Source: Nitrospirota bacterium (GTDB lineage Bacteria > Nitrospirota > UBA9217). Taken from it: a stretch of 64,000 nucleotides of DNA. Both the position numbers and the translations under genes were made by a program. Where the stretch lies: the NCBI GenBank assembly GCA_963796285.1, contig CAWCKW010000012.1, positions 544,001-608,000 on the forward strand, written 5' to 3'. Within the stretch, counting starts at the first letter, position 1; every line of letters starts with the position of its first letter. The notes below the pieces were generated by a model. It ran no database searches, was not told where the DNA came from, and saw nothing but the letters and a program-made list of their open reading frames with translations. Of this stretch, positions 34,001-44,577 are shown in pieces.

Positions 34001-34861
34001 ATGCTTCGTCATCCGGCTGTAGCAGGACAGTTCTACAAAGGATCTACCGAATCGCTCAGGAAGCAGGTTGGGGAATTCATCGTACCCGGTGCTGTAAAAA
34101 CAAAAGCCCTCGGCATCGTATCTCCCCATGCGGGTCTGATCTATTCCGGATCAGTGGCCGGGGCAGTGTACTCCCGGATCGAACTGCCGGACACCTTTGT
34201 GCTCATCGGGCCGAACCACACCGGCCTTGGCGCACCGGTTTCGCTCATGTCCAGGGGCCAATGGGAGACACCACTCGGCCTCGTTGAGATCGACGAAGCC
34301 CTGGCCGCTTCGATCCTTTCAAAGTCCCCGCGCATCCAGGAAGATTCACTTGCCCACCTCCGCGAACACTCCCTTGAGGTACAGCTCCCCTTTATCCAGT
34401 ATTTTAAGAAGAAGTTCAGGATCGTCCCGATCCAGATGCTCGATACGAGGCTCGAGACGTGCAAAGAGGTTGGAAGGGCGGTGGCGGAGGCGATAAAGGA
34501 ACACGGAGAGCACAGGGCAGAGGGCAGAGGGAAAATACACACCAACTCCGAACTCCGAACTTCAAGGGACGTGCTCATCATTGCGAGTTCCGATATGAGC
34601 CACTATGAGCAGGCTGCAGCGGCAAAAGAAAAGGATTTTAAAGCGATTCACCAGTTGCTGAATCTCGATCCAGAGGGGCTGTATCGCGTGGTCAGGGAGT
34701 ACGGCATCACCATGTGCGGGTTCGGCCCGGCAGTGGCCATGCTCGTTGCCTGCAAACTCCTGGGGGCGACCAGTGCGGAACTCATCAAGTATGCGAACTC
34801 TGGAGAGGTGAGTGGGGACTACGATCAGGTGGTCGGGTATGCGGGGCTAGTTGTTGTGTAA
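34001..34861 (+). CDS. amrB: AmmeMemoRadiSam system protein B (MEMO1 family)
   Basis: Motifs PAVAGQFY, PHAGLIYSG, GPNH, EHSLEVQLPF, ASSDMSHY and VVGYA. Confidence 0.92.
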   Translation: MLRHPAVAGQFYKGSTESLRKQVGEFIVPGAVKTKALGIVSPHAGLIYSGSVAGAVYSRIELPDTFVLIGPNHTGLGAPVSLMSRGQWETPLGLVEIDEALAASILSKSPRIQEDSLAHLREHSLEVQLPFIQYFKKKFRIVPIQMLDTRLETCKEVGRAVAEAIKEHGEHRAEGRGKIHTNSELRTSRDVLIIASSDMSHYEQAAAAKEKDFKAIHQLLNLDPEGLYRVVREYGITMCGFGPAVAMLVACKLLGATSAELIKYANSGEVSGDYDQVVGYAGLVVV

Positions 34862-34942
34862 TTAATTACCTATCTTGGAATTTCAGAATCTAGTACCCTA
34901 AGATATTGTCCATTAACTAATTGAAAATACAATATATTAATG

Positions 34943-34958
34943 TGGTACAAGTATTGCA
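34943..34958 (+). promoter_or_regulatory. sigma54 (-24/-12) promoter
   Basis: TGGTAC-AAGTA-TTGCA, with exactly 10 nt between GG and GC, upstream of the minor pilin operon. Confidence 0.75.
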
Positions 34959-35217
34959 TACTTGATAAATTGAATCAAGCGAACGGACTTAAAAGGAAAT
35001 GCAACGATAAAGACGAATTGCACCATGTTATGCCTGGTATGTTCATCAGTAATCGAAAATCCTTATCCTGAGGCCATTATATTGGAACGCTATCCAGTGA
35101 ACCCATCATCAGGAATGGGAGGTCGGAGATCTGATGACGGCAGAAGCGGCGCACTCGAGGCAATATCATGATAAACAGGATCAGCAGATCGTGCACGCCA
35201 ATTAGGAGAATCGAACG

Positions 35218-35676
35218 ATGAGGCGCACTATTAAAAAACAGAAAGGTTTTACTCTTCTCGAACTGCTTATTGCCATGATGCTGTTGGCCATTGGCCTCTT
35301 GGCCACGGCCAGTATGCAGGGAACTGCTATACATGCAAATTCTTTGTCAAACAGGCTTTCCGTGGCAACCACCCTGGCCCAGCAGGTAGCGGAAGAGATC
35401 ACATCTCTCAGCAAGACCGATGTCCTGTTAAGAACAGCCTCGGGGCCGGATGTTCTCTATCCGACGCTGGACCCGGTTACCCCGTCAAGCGACCTTTTTG
35501 TGCCGGGTGCCGGCACATTCAGAGCGCGATACCAGATAATACCGAACGCTACAACTTTCAGTGGCGTATCCATTAAGGATACAACGCAGATACATGTAGA
35601 CGTTTATTTTGTTTCTCCGGATGGTGTAAATGTTCCAAAGATCGTGGCATTCACTACGTATAAAGAGGTCCAATAA
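35218..35676 (+). CDS. pilV: Type IV minor pilin, PilV-like
   Basis: Class III signal G|FTLLE, followed by IAMMLLAIGLLA. Confidence 0.8.
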   Translation: MRRTIKKQKGFTLLELLIAMMLLAIGLLATASMQGTAIHANSLSNRLSVATTLAQQVAEEITSLSKTDVLLRTASGPDVLYPTLDPVTPSSDLFVPGAGTFRARYQIIPNATTFSGVSIKDTTQIHVDVYFVSPDGVNVPKIVAFTTYKEVQ

Positions 35677-36636
35677 ATGAAAAGGACGATTCTCATAAAA
35701 ATACAGCAAGGATTTACATTGATAGAATTGCTAATCGTTATGTTTATGCTCGGTTTGGTGACAATGGCCCTCTATTCTTTGTACACAACGCACCAGCGTT
35801 CCGCCTATGTTCAGGACGAAGTGGTGGAAGTCCAGCAAAACCTGAGGATCGCCATGGACAAAATAACCAATGACGTAAGGATGGCCGGATTATTTATTCC
35901 CTCGCCTGCCACAGCCACATTCAATGCTTTTCCGGTCCAAGCCACGGGTGATGGTGCCGGCGTAGCCAATTCCGATACGTTAACATTAAATTCTGAATCA
36001 TCATTTCATATTTTTGCTGCAATAACGCAGTCGGCGACACCAGTATTTAACGTTGCCTATACCGATTCCGTTGATGCTTTTAACACCGGAGATACAGTCA
36101 GGATCATAAGAGCAAATAGCAAAACGCAGCCTGGAGGGAATTGTACCTACTTGGTTGCGGGCACGCAAAGGATTCCCCCTCAAATCACACTGGGTCCTGA
36201 TACGACCAGCTGCAACAGTACACCCGCGGGGACCTTTCTGGCGAACGATGTTATCGTCAGGGTTGAGAGTAATGGGGTTTACCCGGTGACGATCACTTAT
36301 TGCCTGGGATCACAGACCGGTGTGGCTGGATGCGGCGGCGCAATAGCGACCTGCCCCTCAGGAGATTTATGCCTGATGAGGATTTTGAACATCGGGACGG
36401 CAAACGAGGTAAGCCAGTTGATCGCTCAAAATATGTCAGGGCTCCAGATCAGTTATCTTATGAACCTTCCTTTTAGCGTTGCGGAAGCCAGCTCACTGGT
36501 TAACCCAGTGGACGTGCTCAAAATGCGCGCGGTGAGGGTTACGCTCGTCGGAAGAACCGTGAAGACCACGGGCCTTTCGGACAACACGACAAAACAGAGG
36601 CAGTTGGAATCAGTCATCGGTTTCAAAGAGTTGTAG
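35677..36636 (+). CDS. pilW: Type IV minor pilin, PilW-like
   Basis: G|FTLIE, QQNLRIAMDKITNDVRMAG and MRAVRVTLVGRT. Confidence 0.8.
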   Translation: MKRTILIKIQQGFTLIELLIVMFMLGLVTMALYSLYTTHQRSAYVQDEVVEVQQNLRIAMDKITNDVRMAGLFIPSPATATFNAFPVQATGDGAGVANSDTLTLNSESSFHIFAAITQSATPVFNVAYTDSVDAFNTGDTVRIIRANSKTQPGGNCTYLVAGTQRIPPQITLGPDTTSCNSTPAGTFLANDVIVRVESNGVYPVTITYCLGSQTGVAGCGGAIATCPSGDLCLMRILNIGTANEVSQLIAQNMSGLQISYLMNLPFSVAEASSLVNPVDVLKMRAVRVTLVGRTVKTTGLSDNTTKQRQLESVIGFKEL

Positions 36637-36644
36637 GAGGCCAT

Positions 36645-37139
36645 ATGACACGAGCAGAACAGCCGAAGATGAGCAAAAAGGGAATTTATACACTAGCAGG
36701 GCATGCTGGAAACGAACGCGGCATGGCCTTGGTCATTGCCCTGGTAATGCTGGTTCTCCTTACCATGCTTGGCGTATGGGCGCTGGACACTTCCAGCACT
36801 GACCTCCGCATATCGGGAAATAGCAAGACCACCCAGGTCGCATACTACGCCGCAGAAGCCGGTGTCGGCTATGCTTCGAACAGGGCAGTACTTGAGAATT
36901 CGTATGTCGCGACCGGGGCCAGCGTAACGATTCCTGATCAATCGCTCGATAACAGCACCATTAAGATGAATTCGCGTTTTTTGATCAAAGCGCCTCTTCC
37001 GGCGGGTACTATGTATGAATCCAATTTGCAGGATATTGGACAAGAGAAGTTACCCGTCTATTTTACCTTGAATTCACAAGGTACGGCAGTGAATAATTCC
37101 ATAGTGAACATTGAAGCTTGCGTTGTGCTTATCCCCTGA
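36645..37139 (+). CDS. pilX: Type IV minor pilin, PilX-like
   Basis: G|MALVIAL (lacks Glu+5, typical of PilX) and AYYAAEAG. Confidence 0.8.
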   Translation: MTRAEQPKMSKKGIYTLAGHAGNERGMALVIALVMLVLLTMLGVWALDTSSTDLRISGNSKTTQVAYYAAEAGVGYASNRAVLENSYVATGASVTIPDQSLDNSTIKMNSRFLIKAPLPAGTMYESNLQDIGQEKLPVYFTLNSQGTAVNNSIVNIEACVVLIP

Positions 37140-37202
37140 TTAACAAAGGCGCGGGGGTCTGTGCGGGAATAGTCAGTTGGTCTTTTTATGAAGGAGGATA
37201 TT

Positions 37203-37580
37203 ATGAAAAAAATATTGTTTACTTTTTCGACGGCTTTAGCGATATGCTTATTCATGGTTGTCGGGACCGGCATTGCACGGCAGGGAGGACCACGGGCGGG
37301 TTCTGCGTACGATCCCGCGGTTAAATATTCCGGTGATTACGATCCCGACCTGCTGTTTTTCAGAAACAGCTCTAAAGACGCGAACTGGCGTCGCATTCCA
37401 CCGCTCGATCTTCTTATAAAAGTGACCTGCTCTGACGCGCTGGAGTCGTTGAAGCGGGAGGGCATGTGGAAAGGGCATTTGAAAATCGACGGTTCTTGCG
37501 GTTCGACTGCCGAGCCTGCCGAATGGGCATTGGGCAACAGGCTGAACTATGATGAAGAACAGGGACAGGGTGCGCGTTAA
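37203..37580 (+). CDS. Small secreted protein resembling the PilY1 N-terminal inserted domain
   Basis: AGGAGG RBS, Sec-type signal peptide and two Cys in the mature part. Motif similarity to PilY1 residues encoded at about 37793-38072. Confidence 0.75.
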   Translation: MKKILFTFSTALAICLFMVVGTGIARQGGPRAGSAYDPAVKYSGDYDPDLLFFRNSSKDANWRRIPPLDLLIKVTCSDALESLKREGMWKGHLKIDGSCGSTAEPAEWALGNRLNYDEEQGQGAR

Positions 37581-37609
37581 AGAATGGTGGTACATTAAAA
37601 GGAGGCTGT

Positions 37610-40600
37610 ATGCGAAAGTCACTCTTTATCATATTCATCGCAATATTGGCGGCAGTTGCCGGTCCTGGTGTCGCAACGGCCGGTCCGGATCGCTTCGCGG
37701 GTGATACGGTCATATATGGGGGGTCTGCTTCGGTCCTCGAGCCAAATGTCCTTATCATTATAGACGATTCCGGAAGCATGGGTGATTCAGTCCCCGGAGG
37801 CAGCTACGATTCCAGCGTGACATATACCGTAACCAACAATTGCTCGGGAAATTGCAGTACGAACGCGGTGTATAAAACGACTGACGGCGGAGCGACCGGC
37901 ACATTACTTAATGCGAGTGTTAATAATATAACCACATCGTGTCCTAGTGGTACTAACCCACGTTCAATCTTACAGACTTATGGAATTTACAGCGGCCGGA
38001 AATTGAGTTCCAGCGGTGCGTGTTCATCAGGAAACGCGGTCTATGTTTTGGGCAATTATATCAACTGGTATCACAGCACGACCGGATTTAAGTCGAAAAT
38101 ATCAATCGCGCGGGATGTGGTCAAGAACCTCGTGAATACCACGAACGGTGTAAAATTCGGGCTCATGACGTATCACTATGTCGGCGGCACCGGGCAGGGC
38201 GCGCAATTCCTGAATGTCTCGGTATCGGGCAGTAACTATATAACTACCGTGAAGGACATGGATTCTATGCATACCGGCTCGGTTACCAACAGGCAGGCCC
38301 TGATATCGTCAGTTGACACGCTTACTGATTTGAACGATACTCCGCTGGGGGAATCGCTTGTCGAGGCATTACGCTACTACCAGGGCAGTACAAGCGCTTT
38401 CGGAAATACCATCGGCCTGAGCGGAAGCCCGGCAACATACACCTCCCCGATCGATTTCGGTTGCCAGAAAAACTATATTGTTTTCGTGACCGATGGCATG
38501 TCGACGGCGGATAATAGCGCGAATCTGGATTTTGTAAACACATTATACGGCAGATATGACGGCGGCAACTGCAGTTATACTACGTGCGCCAACGATAGGA
38601 GCCACTCACTTGCCGGCGTCGCGCGCTATCTCTATGAAACCGATTTGAGGACCGATATTACCGGCACTCAGAACGTCGTCACCTACATGATCGGGTTCGG
38701 ACTCGGGGCGGACCAGGAAGCGATCGATCTCCTGACACTGACCGCGGACAGTAAGCATGGCCGCGGCGGTGATTTCGAAGCCGGGAACGAAGCGGAGTTA
38801 AGCCAGTCGCTCACGAAGATCATAGCGAGTATTTTTATCACAGACTCGTCGTTTGTCGCGCCGGTTGTGCCGGTGAGCCCCGAAAACAGGACGTTCAGCG
38901 GAAGCAGATTATATATGGGGTTCTTTAGACCGGAGGCAGGGGCGGTTTGGAGCGGCAACCTGAAGAAATACGGCCTCCAGGACCAACTTGCCTCGGGGAA
39001 TTTATGCGGCAATAATCAGGATGAGGTCCTTGACGTGACAGGACATTGTGCCACCTATGATGACGGCGCAGGCGACGTCAATATCAGTCAGGCCAGGCCT
39101 GATGCCCGGGACGGTGTAACGATTCCGGCAAATGTGGCGAGCGGAACTTTCCGGCCCGGTTCACAATCCTACTGGAGTACGGTCCCGGACGCTGGCGAAG
39201 TCAAGGAAGGCGGCGCGGGAACGCTGTTGTTGAACAGGACCATGGCCATCAGCTGTGCAACCTGCGACATATCGGGCGCTGTTTCGGACACGGGAAAACG
39301 CAAGATCTACACTTATCTGGGAATCAATACAGACCTGACTAACGCGAGTAATGCTTTCAGCACCTTGAATGTGGGACTTACTCCCGGGTTATTTGGCCTG
39401 CCCGGGCCGATCATACCAACGGGAACAACCACGGATGTAAAATTGCTCATCAATTTCATTCATGGATTTGACACATACGGCATTAACTCGGCAGGCACCA
39501 CTACGACTGATAGAGACTGGATCTTGGGCGATGTCCTGCATTCCAAACCCCTGTTCGTCAGCTACGCAACCTTCACTTTTACCACCACAAATGAAGCGGA
39601 CTGTACAAAGAACAAGAGCATCATCTTCTTCGGTTCCAACGACGGCATGCTGCATGCCTTCAAGGACTGCGACGGCAACGAGGCTTGGGCGTTTATTCCC
39701 CCGGAGGTGCTTCCTACGCTCCAGTATTTGCAAGGTCCGACCCACGCGTACTTCGCGGACAGCTCTGTTAAAGCCTATATATTTGATAGGAATAATGACG
39801 GCACGATCGATCCGTCCGATGGTGACACCGTGATTCTTATCTTTGGTCTCCGAAGGGGCAGTGGCAAAGACAGTCAGCCTACGCAAGGCCTCTATTACGC
39901 CCTTGATGTGTCAAACCCCACTCAGCCGAAGTTCATCTGGAGCATCGGAAACAATAAAACTCTGATCGGAACAACGAATACGATAACTGCGTTGTTCGGG
40001 GACATGGGCGAGAGCTGGAGCGAACCGAAGATAGGGAAAATAAAGCTGGGGACCACTGATAAGATCGTCGCCTTATTCGGCGGTGGATATGACAATTGCA
40101 ATGAAGACTCACGTTACGGTTCGACACAGACTTTCAGCTTAGGCGTCTGTGGCGCCGTGGCATCGAGCGACGGCGGACTGGACGTGAACGGTCAACCGAT
40201 CACGAGTGCCGGAGCAACACTGGTCACGAGTCTTAATAGCGCCCAATATAAGGGGAGGGCCTTCTACGTTGTTGAGATCGCTTCAAAAGTGAGTACGACG
40301 ACAGCATTCGATTACAGCAATAAAGGCAGCCTGATATGGAGCTATAATCAGGCCGGTAGTCCGCCGCTGGAGTTTTCAATGCTGAGTGAGCCGGCCGTAA
40401 TCGACAAGAACTACGACGGATATGCGGACACTGTTTATATGGGTGATACGGGCGGGAATATATGGAGGTTCGACATCTCGTCAACCAACAAGACCGATTG
40501 GAATGTGAAAAAGATATTCTCATCAAATCCGGGATTTACGGGATATCCACCCCCCGGCGTTGCCGACGGCACGAATGGGAGAAAAATACTTTACAATCCC

Positions 40601-41329
40601 TCCGTTGTAATCGATAAGAATTTCGTCCGGATATACTTCGGCACTGGAGACCGGGAACATCCTTTAAACAGGGCTGTTGTGGACAGGTTCTACGAAGTGA
40701 TTGACAAGGGGAATATTACGAGCGCCTTGACTGAGGTCAAATTGGTTGATGTTTCAACAGACTTGATACAACTGGGTACTGCTGCCCAGGTCGCTGATTT
40801 TGAAGGCAAGATTAGACAGGTGGAGGACAAGGATAATACAACCTATTATGGCTGGTATATTCGCATGGAAGGTTTTGAGCATTTAGGTTCGGATCAGGTT
40901 TTTTCCGCCGGAACACTGACCGTGACGCCCTTTCAAGGGGAAAAAGTTATCAGTAATCCCCGGGTCTTTAACGGCATAGTTTATTTCACGACCTTTATGC
41001 CGAATACCAATGTGGCTGTCGATCCCTGCAACCAGGGGAATACCGGTCAAAGTTTTCTTTGGGCGGTGAATCCTCAAAATGGGGGTTCTACCCTAAATTT
41101 AAATACTACCAATGATTCCACCGCTAATTTCAATGCACTGAAATGGAATGCATATGCATCAATGGGAAAATCTGGAAATGCGGTTTATCTAAGGACTGAC
41201 CGGGCTGGACATCTTGGCACTGGAATGGCGTCACCTCCGGGAGAGATCATGGGATGCAGTGGAAGCTTGTGTCCCTCAAGACCTGATCTGAGTGGACATA
41301 TATTGCAGATATACTGGCGACAGAAATGA
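37610..41329 (+). CDS. pilY1: Type IV pilus tip adhesin PilY1/PilC (vWA plus beta-propeller)
   Basis: Signal peptide; MIDAS motifs DDSGS, TPLGESL and VTDG; GSNDGMLHAF; Ca-loop DKNYDGYAD; YFGTGD. Confidence 0.9.
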   Translation: MRKSLFIIFIAILAAVAGPGVATAGPDRFAGDTVIYGGSASVLEPNVLIIIDDSGSMGDSVPGGSYDSSVTYTVTNNCSGNCSTNAVYKTTDGGATGTLLNASVNNITTSCPSGTNPRSILQTYGIYSGRKLSSSGACSSGNAVYVLGNYINWYHSTTGFKSKISIARDVVKNLVNTTNGVKFGLMTYHYVGGTGQGAQFLNVSVSGSNYITTVKDMDSMHTGSVTNRQALISSVDTLTDLNDTPLGESLVEALRYYQGSTSAFGNTIGLSGSPATYTSPIDFGCQKNYIVFVTDGMSTADNSANLDFVNTLYGRYDGGNCSYTTCANDRSHSLAGVARYLYETDLRTDITGTQNVVTYMIGFGLGADQEAIDLLTLTADSKHGRGGDFEAGNEAELSQSLTKIIASIFITDSSFVAPVVPVSPENRTFSGSRLYMGFFRPEAGAVWSGNLKKYGLQDQLASGNLCGNNQDEVLDVTGHCATYDDGAGDVNISQARPDARDGVTIPANVASGTFRPGSQSYWSTVPDAGEVKEGGAGTLLLNRTMAISCATCDISGAVSDTGKRKIYTYLGINTDLTNASNAFSTLNVGLTPGLFGLPGPIIPTGTTTDVKLLINFIHGFDTYGINSAGTTTTDRDWILGDVLHSKPLFVSYATFTFTTTNEADCTKNKSIIFFGSNDGMLHAFKDCDGNEAWAFIPPEVLPTLQYLQGPTHAYFADSSVKAYIFDRNNDGTIDPSDGDTVILIFGLRRGSGKDSQPTQGLYYALDVSNPTQPKFIWSIGNNKTLIGTTNTITALFGDMGESWSEPKIGKIKLGTTDKIVALFGGGYDNCNEDSRYGSTQTFSLGVCGAVASSDGGLDVNGQPITSAGATLVTSLNSAQYKGRAFYVVEIASKVSTTTAFDYSNKGSLIWSYNQAGSPPLEFSMLSEPAVIDKNYDGYADTVYMGDTGGNIWRFDISSTNKTDWNVKKIFSSNPGFTGYPPPGVADGTNGRKILYNPSVVIDKNFVRIYFGTGDREHPLNRAVVDRFYEVIDKGNITSALTEVKLVDVSTDLIQLGTAAQVADFEGKIRQVEDKDNTTYYGWYIRMEGFEHLGSDQVFSAGTLTVTPFQGEKVISNPRVFNGIVYFTTFMPNTNVAVDPCNQGNTGQSFLWAVNPQNGGSTLNLNTTNDSTANFNALKWNAYASMGKSGNAVYLRTDRAGHLGTGMASPPGEIMGCSGSLCPSRPDLSGHILQIYWRQK

Positions 41330-41386
41330 AGAGGCACTAAAAAGCGTCGCAAGGGGAACTAGGTAATACGAGGGGCCAGATAAACA

Positions 41387-42328
41387 ATGACAAAAAAAAT
41401 AGAAGTGTTCTGTCTCATGATCTTGATGATTAGTTTCTTTGCCTGCACGAAAGAGGGGAAAGCGCCTGGTCCCGGCACTTCCCCTCAACAGGGGGGAAAC
41501 GCAACGCATGCATCCAGCGAGATCGGCCGGCAATCGCGAGGGAGTACGATGGTTGGAATCATGCCGGAAAATCCGACAGTGATGACGGATATCCAGGCGG
41601 TTTATTCCGGAGTCGGTCCGGCAGCATATCAATGGAAGAAAAATTCTCTGGTAATTCCCGGACAAACAACCTACAAACTCCTGAAAAAATATTTCTTGAG
41701 GGGCGATACGATTACGGTCATTGTGACTTCAGGCGGTATCGAAGAATCGGCATCCGTCGTCATCGGCAACAGCGTGCCGAATGTTGTATCAGTCCCCTTT
41801 AGTCCGCAATACATACATGCGGGAGTCGATATCACGGTTAAGCCCGTCGGGTTTGATCCGGATGGTGATGAGGTCGGGTTCCGTTATGTATGGTCGATAA
41901 ACGGCAAGGAACTCTTAGGAGACTCACCGGTTCTGAGCGGCAACGACTTCAAGAAAGGCGATACCGTAATGCTCAAGGTAATCCCCTATGATAGAGAAGG
42001 CGATGGGGCGCCTTTTTTAACTATGGGAATGATTATTCCCAATGCTTCACCCCGTATTATATCGGTTCCCATTGAGGAGTTTCTGGGACGTGAATACACA
42101 TATCGCGTTGTAGCTGAGGACCCCGATGGCGACCCTCTTTCCTATTCTTTTGCTTCCGCGCCACAGGGAATGACTATCGACGCCAAAACGGGCGTCATTA
42201 ACTGGCGGATCGACGATAAGCCGGAGGGCGCTTATGCCGTTGAAATCGTTGCGCAGGACCCTGACGGCATCAAGGCCACACAGAAATATACTCTCTCTGT
42301 AACGCACACGGAAGGAGGCGGGAAATGA
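41387..42328 (+). CDS. Lipoprotein with Ig-like (He_PIG-type) domains
   Basis: Lipobox FFAC, repeated DPDGD motifs and PQGMTIDAKTGVINW. Confidence 0.75.
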   Translation: MTKKIEVFCLMILMISFFACTKEGKAPGPGTSPQQGGNATHASSEIGRQSRGSTMVGIMPENPTVMTDIQAVYSGVGPAAYQWKKNSLVIPGQTTYKLLKKYFLRGDTITVIVTSGGIEESASVVIGNSVPNVVSVPFSPQYIHAGVDITVKPVGFDPDGDEVGFRYVWSINGKELLGDSPVLSGNDFKKGDTVMLKVIPYDREGDGAPFLTMGMIIPNASPRIISVPIEEFLGREYTYRVVAEDPDGDPLSYSFASAPQGMTIDAKTGVINWRIDDKPEGAYAVEIVAQDPDGIKATQKYTLSVTHTEGGGK

Positions 42329-42810
42329 TGCTCCGTGGCTCGACACTACGCACTATAAAGGGTTTTACCGCGATTGAGATGATAATTGTACTTGCTATTA
42401 TCAGCGTTTTATCCGCCATGGCTTTGCCGTCTTACCTTCAGTGGCGCAGAAGTATCGAAGCCAGAGAAACGGCAAGAGATTTCGTGAACATACTCAGGAA
42501 GGCGAAAAGCGAGGCACTGAGATCGAACCTGGAGCAGGAAGTGGGGTTTAACTCAGCCTTGCGACAATACGGCGGCAAAAGGCAGGGAAATCAGGCATAC
42601 AATTCCACAGCCTGGTCAGCGGCAGCGAACTGGACGAACATCAAGCCCGAAGTGACTTCTACCCCGACCATTAGTATTCGATTTCATCCCAATGGAACAT
42701 CCACAAATAGCTCAGTATTCTCCAGTGCCACCTTAACAGTAAAGGACACTGCTGGAACACGACAATTCGTGGTCTCCGTGTCTAATACGGGCATAATCTC
42801 TACAAGGTGA
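42325..42810 (+). CDS. FimT/FimU (GspH-like) minor pilin
   Basis: G|FTAIE, ALPSY, AKSEA, FHPNGT and VSNTG. Confidence 0.8.
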   Translation: MMLRGSTLRTIKGFTAIEMIIVLAIISVLSAMALPSYLQWRRSIEARETARDFVNILRKAKSEALRSNLEQEVGFNSALRQYGGKRQGNQAYNSTAWSAAANWTNIKPEVTSTPTISIRFHPNGTSTNSSVFSSATLTVKDTAGTRQFVVSVSNTGIISTR

Positions 42811-43118
42811 TCCGGCAGCAGCGTTCCCGTCAGTTATCATTCTCCTTTTTGCGGAATATCCCTGGTATTTGATCAGTTGATCAGCTTTCATCGTGTCGAC
42901 GTAAGTACGACTCTTCCGAGCCGAATGTCTCATAAGTCATTTAATGTACAATCTCAAGTGCATCTTTCCCATCTACCTTCACAGTAAGTACGGCCATCAA
43001 AGTTTCCTGGTTTTATATGAAAAACAAATTATAGCTGGAAATCGCAATAACGTATTAATCCTCCTGCGGTATAGAGAGAGCATCGAGAATCTCGAAATCC
43101 GACAATCAGGAGGCTTCA

Positions 43119-43610
43119 ATGGATCACAAGGATCAGCTGTCGACGTGCCCTGTTCGGGCTGAAAGAGGTTTTACGCTCACAGAATTAATCGTTGTGTTGG
43201 CCTTGCTCACCGTCCTCTCCGCTATTTCTATACCGCCCTTTGTTCAATGGATAAGCAACGCCAAATACCGCACATCTGCTCGAAATATTCTGTCCATATT
43301 GCGGGAAACAAAAAGTAAGGCCATAACCTCCAACCTGGAGCATCGGGTCGAGTTTGAATCTGAAAACCGGAGATATCGGGTTAAACGCGGAAATAGATCG
43401 AGTAACAGCAACGACTGGAGCACGGTGATATATGACTGGACCATCTTTCCTACGGGTGTAAATATGAATGCAAATGTTGCAACTATACATCTCAACCCGA
43501 ACGGCACAACCAGCGGCGGTACGATTGCGATCCAGAGTGCAATTAGTAAGACAATATTCGAAGTTCGAATCGCCAGCACTGGCAGGATTCGAATCTCGAA
43601 GGTATTATAA
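43119..43610 (+). CDS. Second FimT/FimU (GspH-like) minor pilin
   Basis: G|FTLTE, KSKAI, LNPNGT and STGRIRI. Confidence 0.8.
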   Translation: MDHKDQLSTCPVRAERGFTLTELIVVLALLTVLSAISIPPFVQWISNAKYRTSARNILSILRETKSKAITSNLEHRVEFESENRRYRVKRGNRSSNSNDWSTVIYDWTIFPTGVNMNANVATIHLNPNGTTSGGTIAIQSAISKTIFEVRIASTGRIRISKVL

Positions 43611-43637
43611 TATGGAATCGGCATAACCATGAAGATG

Positions 43638-44577
43638 CGCCAGTTCTATAGCGAAGTGCAACACTTGGGGTAGCTATGCTACTCTAAGTTTCTATGCCAA
43701 AATCATATAAGCATCTGAGCCAAGAAGAACGAGAGCTCATTGCCGCCCAGCTCTCAGAAGGTTCCAGTGTCGGCGACATTGCAAAAGCCGTAGGCCGGAA
43801 CAAAAGCATGGTCTCACGCGAACTCAAGAGGAACTCTCCGCCGGAGTCCCTTCCGGGCACATGCTCGGGCTTGTGAACGAAAAACGAATGCCAATAAGCA
43901 CGAGCGATTAAAAAACGACCTCGTCAGGCACTATGTGAAGGACGGCCTGGCTCAGGGATGGTCCCCTGAACAAATCTCTGGACGGATCCGAGTAGACCAT
44001 CCAGGGCAAACCATCAATCACGAGGCTATCTATCAGTACATCTACCATCCCCAGAATCCAGATCGGGTGGAGATGGCCGAAGTCCGTTGAGAGTCGCCGT
44101 TACTATGGTCACTGGGAGGGCGACAGTCTCGTCTTCCGAAAGAGCAAGTCGGCGTTAAATAGCCTTGTCGAGCGCAAGAGCCGTTTTGTTCTAATCACCA
44201 AGCTACAGCGAACGAGCGCTGCCGAGACAAACAGGGCTGTCATTGACCGACACAAGAAGCTCCCAGCCAAGGGACGCCAAACACTCACGGTTGGACAACG
44301 GGACCGAGAATGCCAAGCACGAAACGCTCTCGGCCAAGCTTGGGATCAAATGCTACTGTGCCCATCCCTATGCATCCTGGGAGCGGGGCACTAACGAGAA
44401 CATCAACGGGCTCATCCGGTGGTACTTGCCAAAGGGTACCGACTTTAGTAAGATTGCTTCCGAGCAGATAGCTTGGATTGAATATCTTCTTAACAGCCGA
44501 CCGAGGAAGTGCCTCGGTTACAGAACACCATTGGAGGTCGCGGCCTCAAGCCGTAGCACTTCGAGATAGAATCCGCG
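43638..44577 (+). mobile_element. Decayed IS30-family insertion sequence
   Basis: Transposase fragments YKHLSQEER..SRELKRN, WSPEQI, GHWEGD, DNGTE and HPYASWERGTNENINGLIR..PKGTDF..LNSRPRKCLGY. Imperfect terminal IRs (19/25 match) are flanked by GATG on both sides. Confidence 0.88.
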
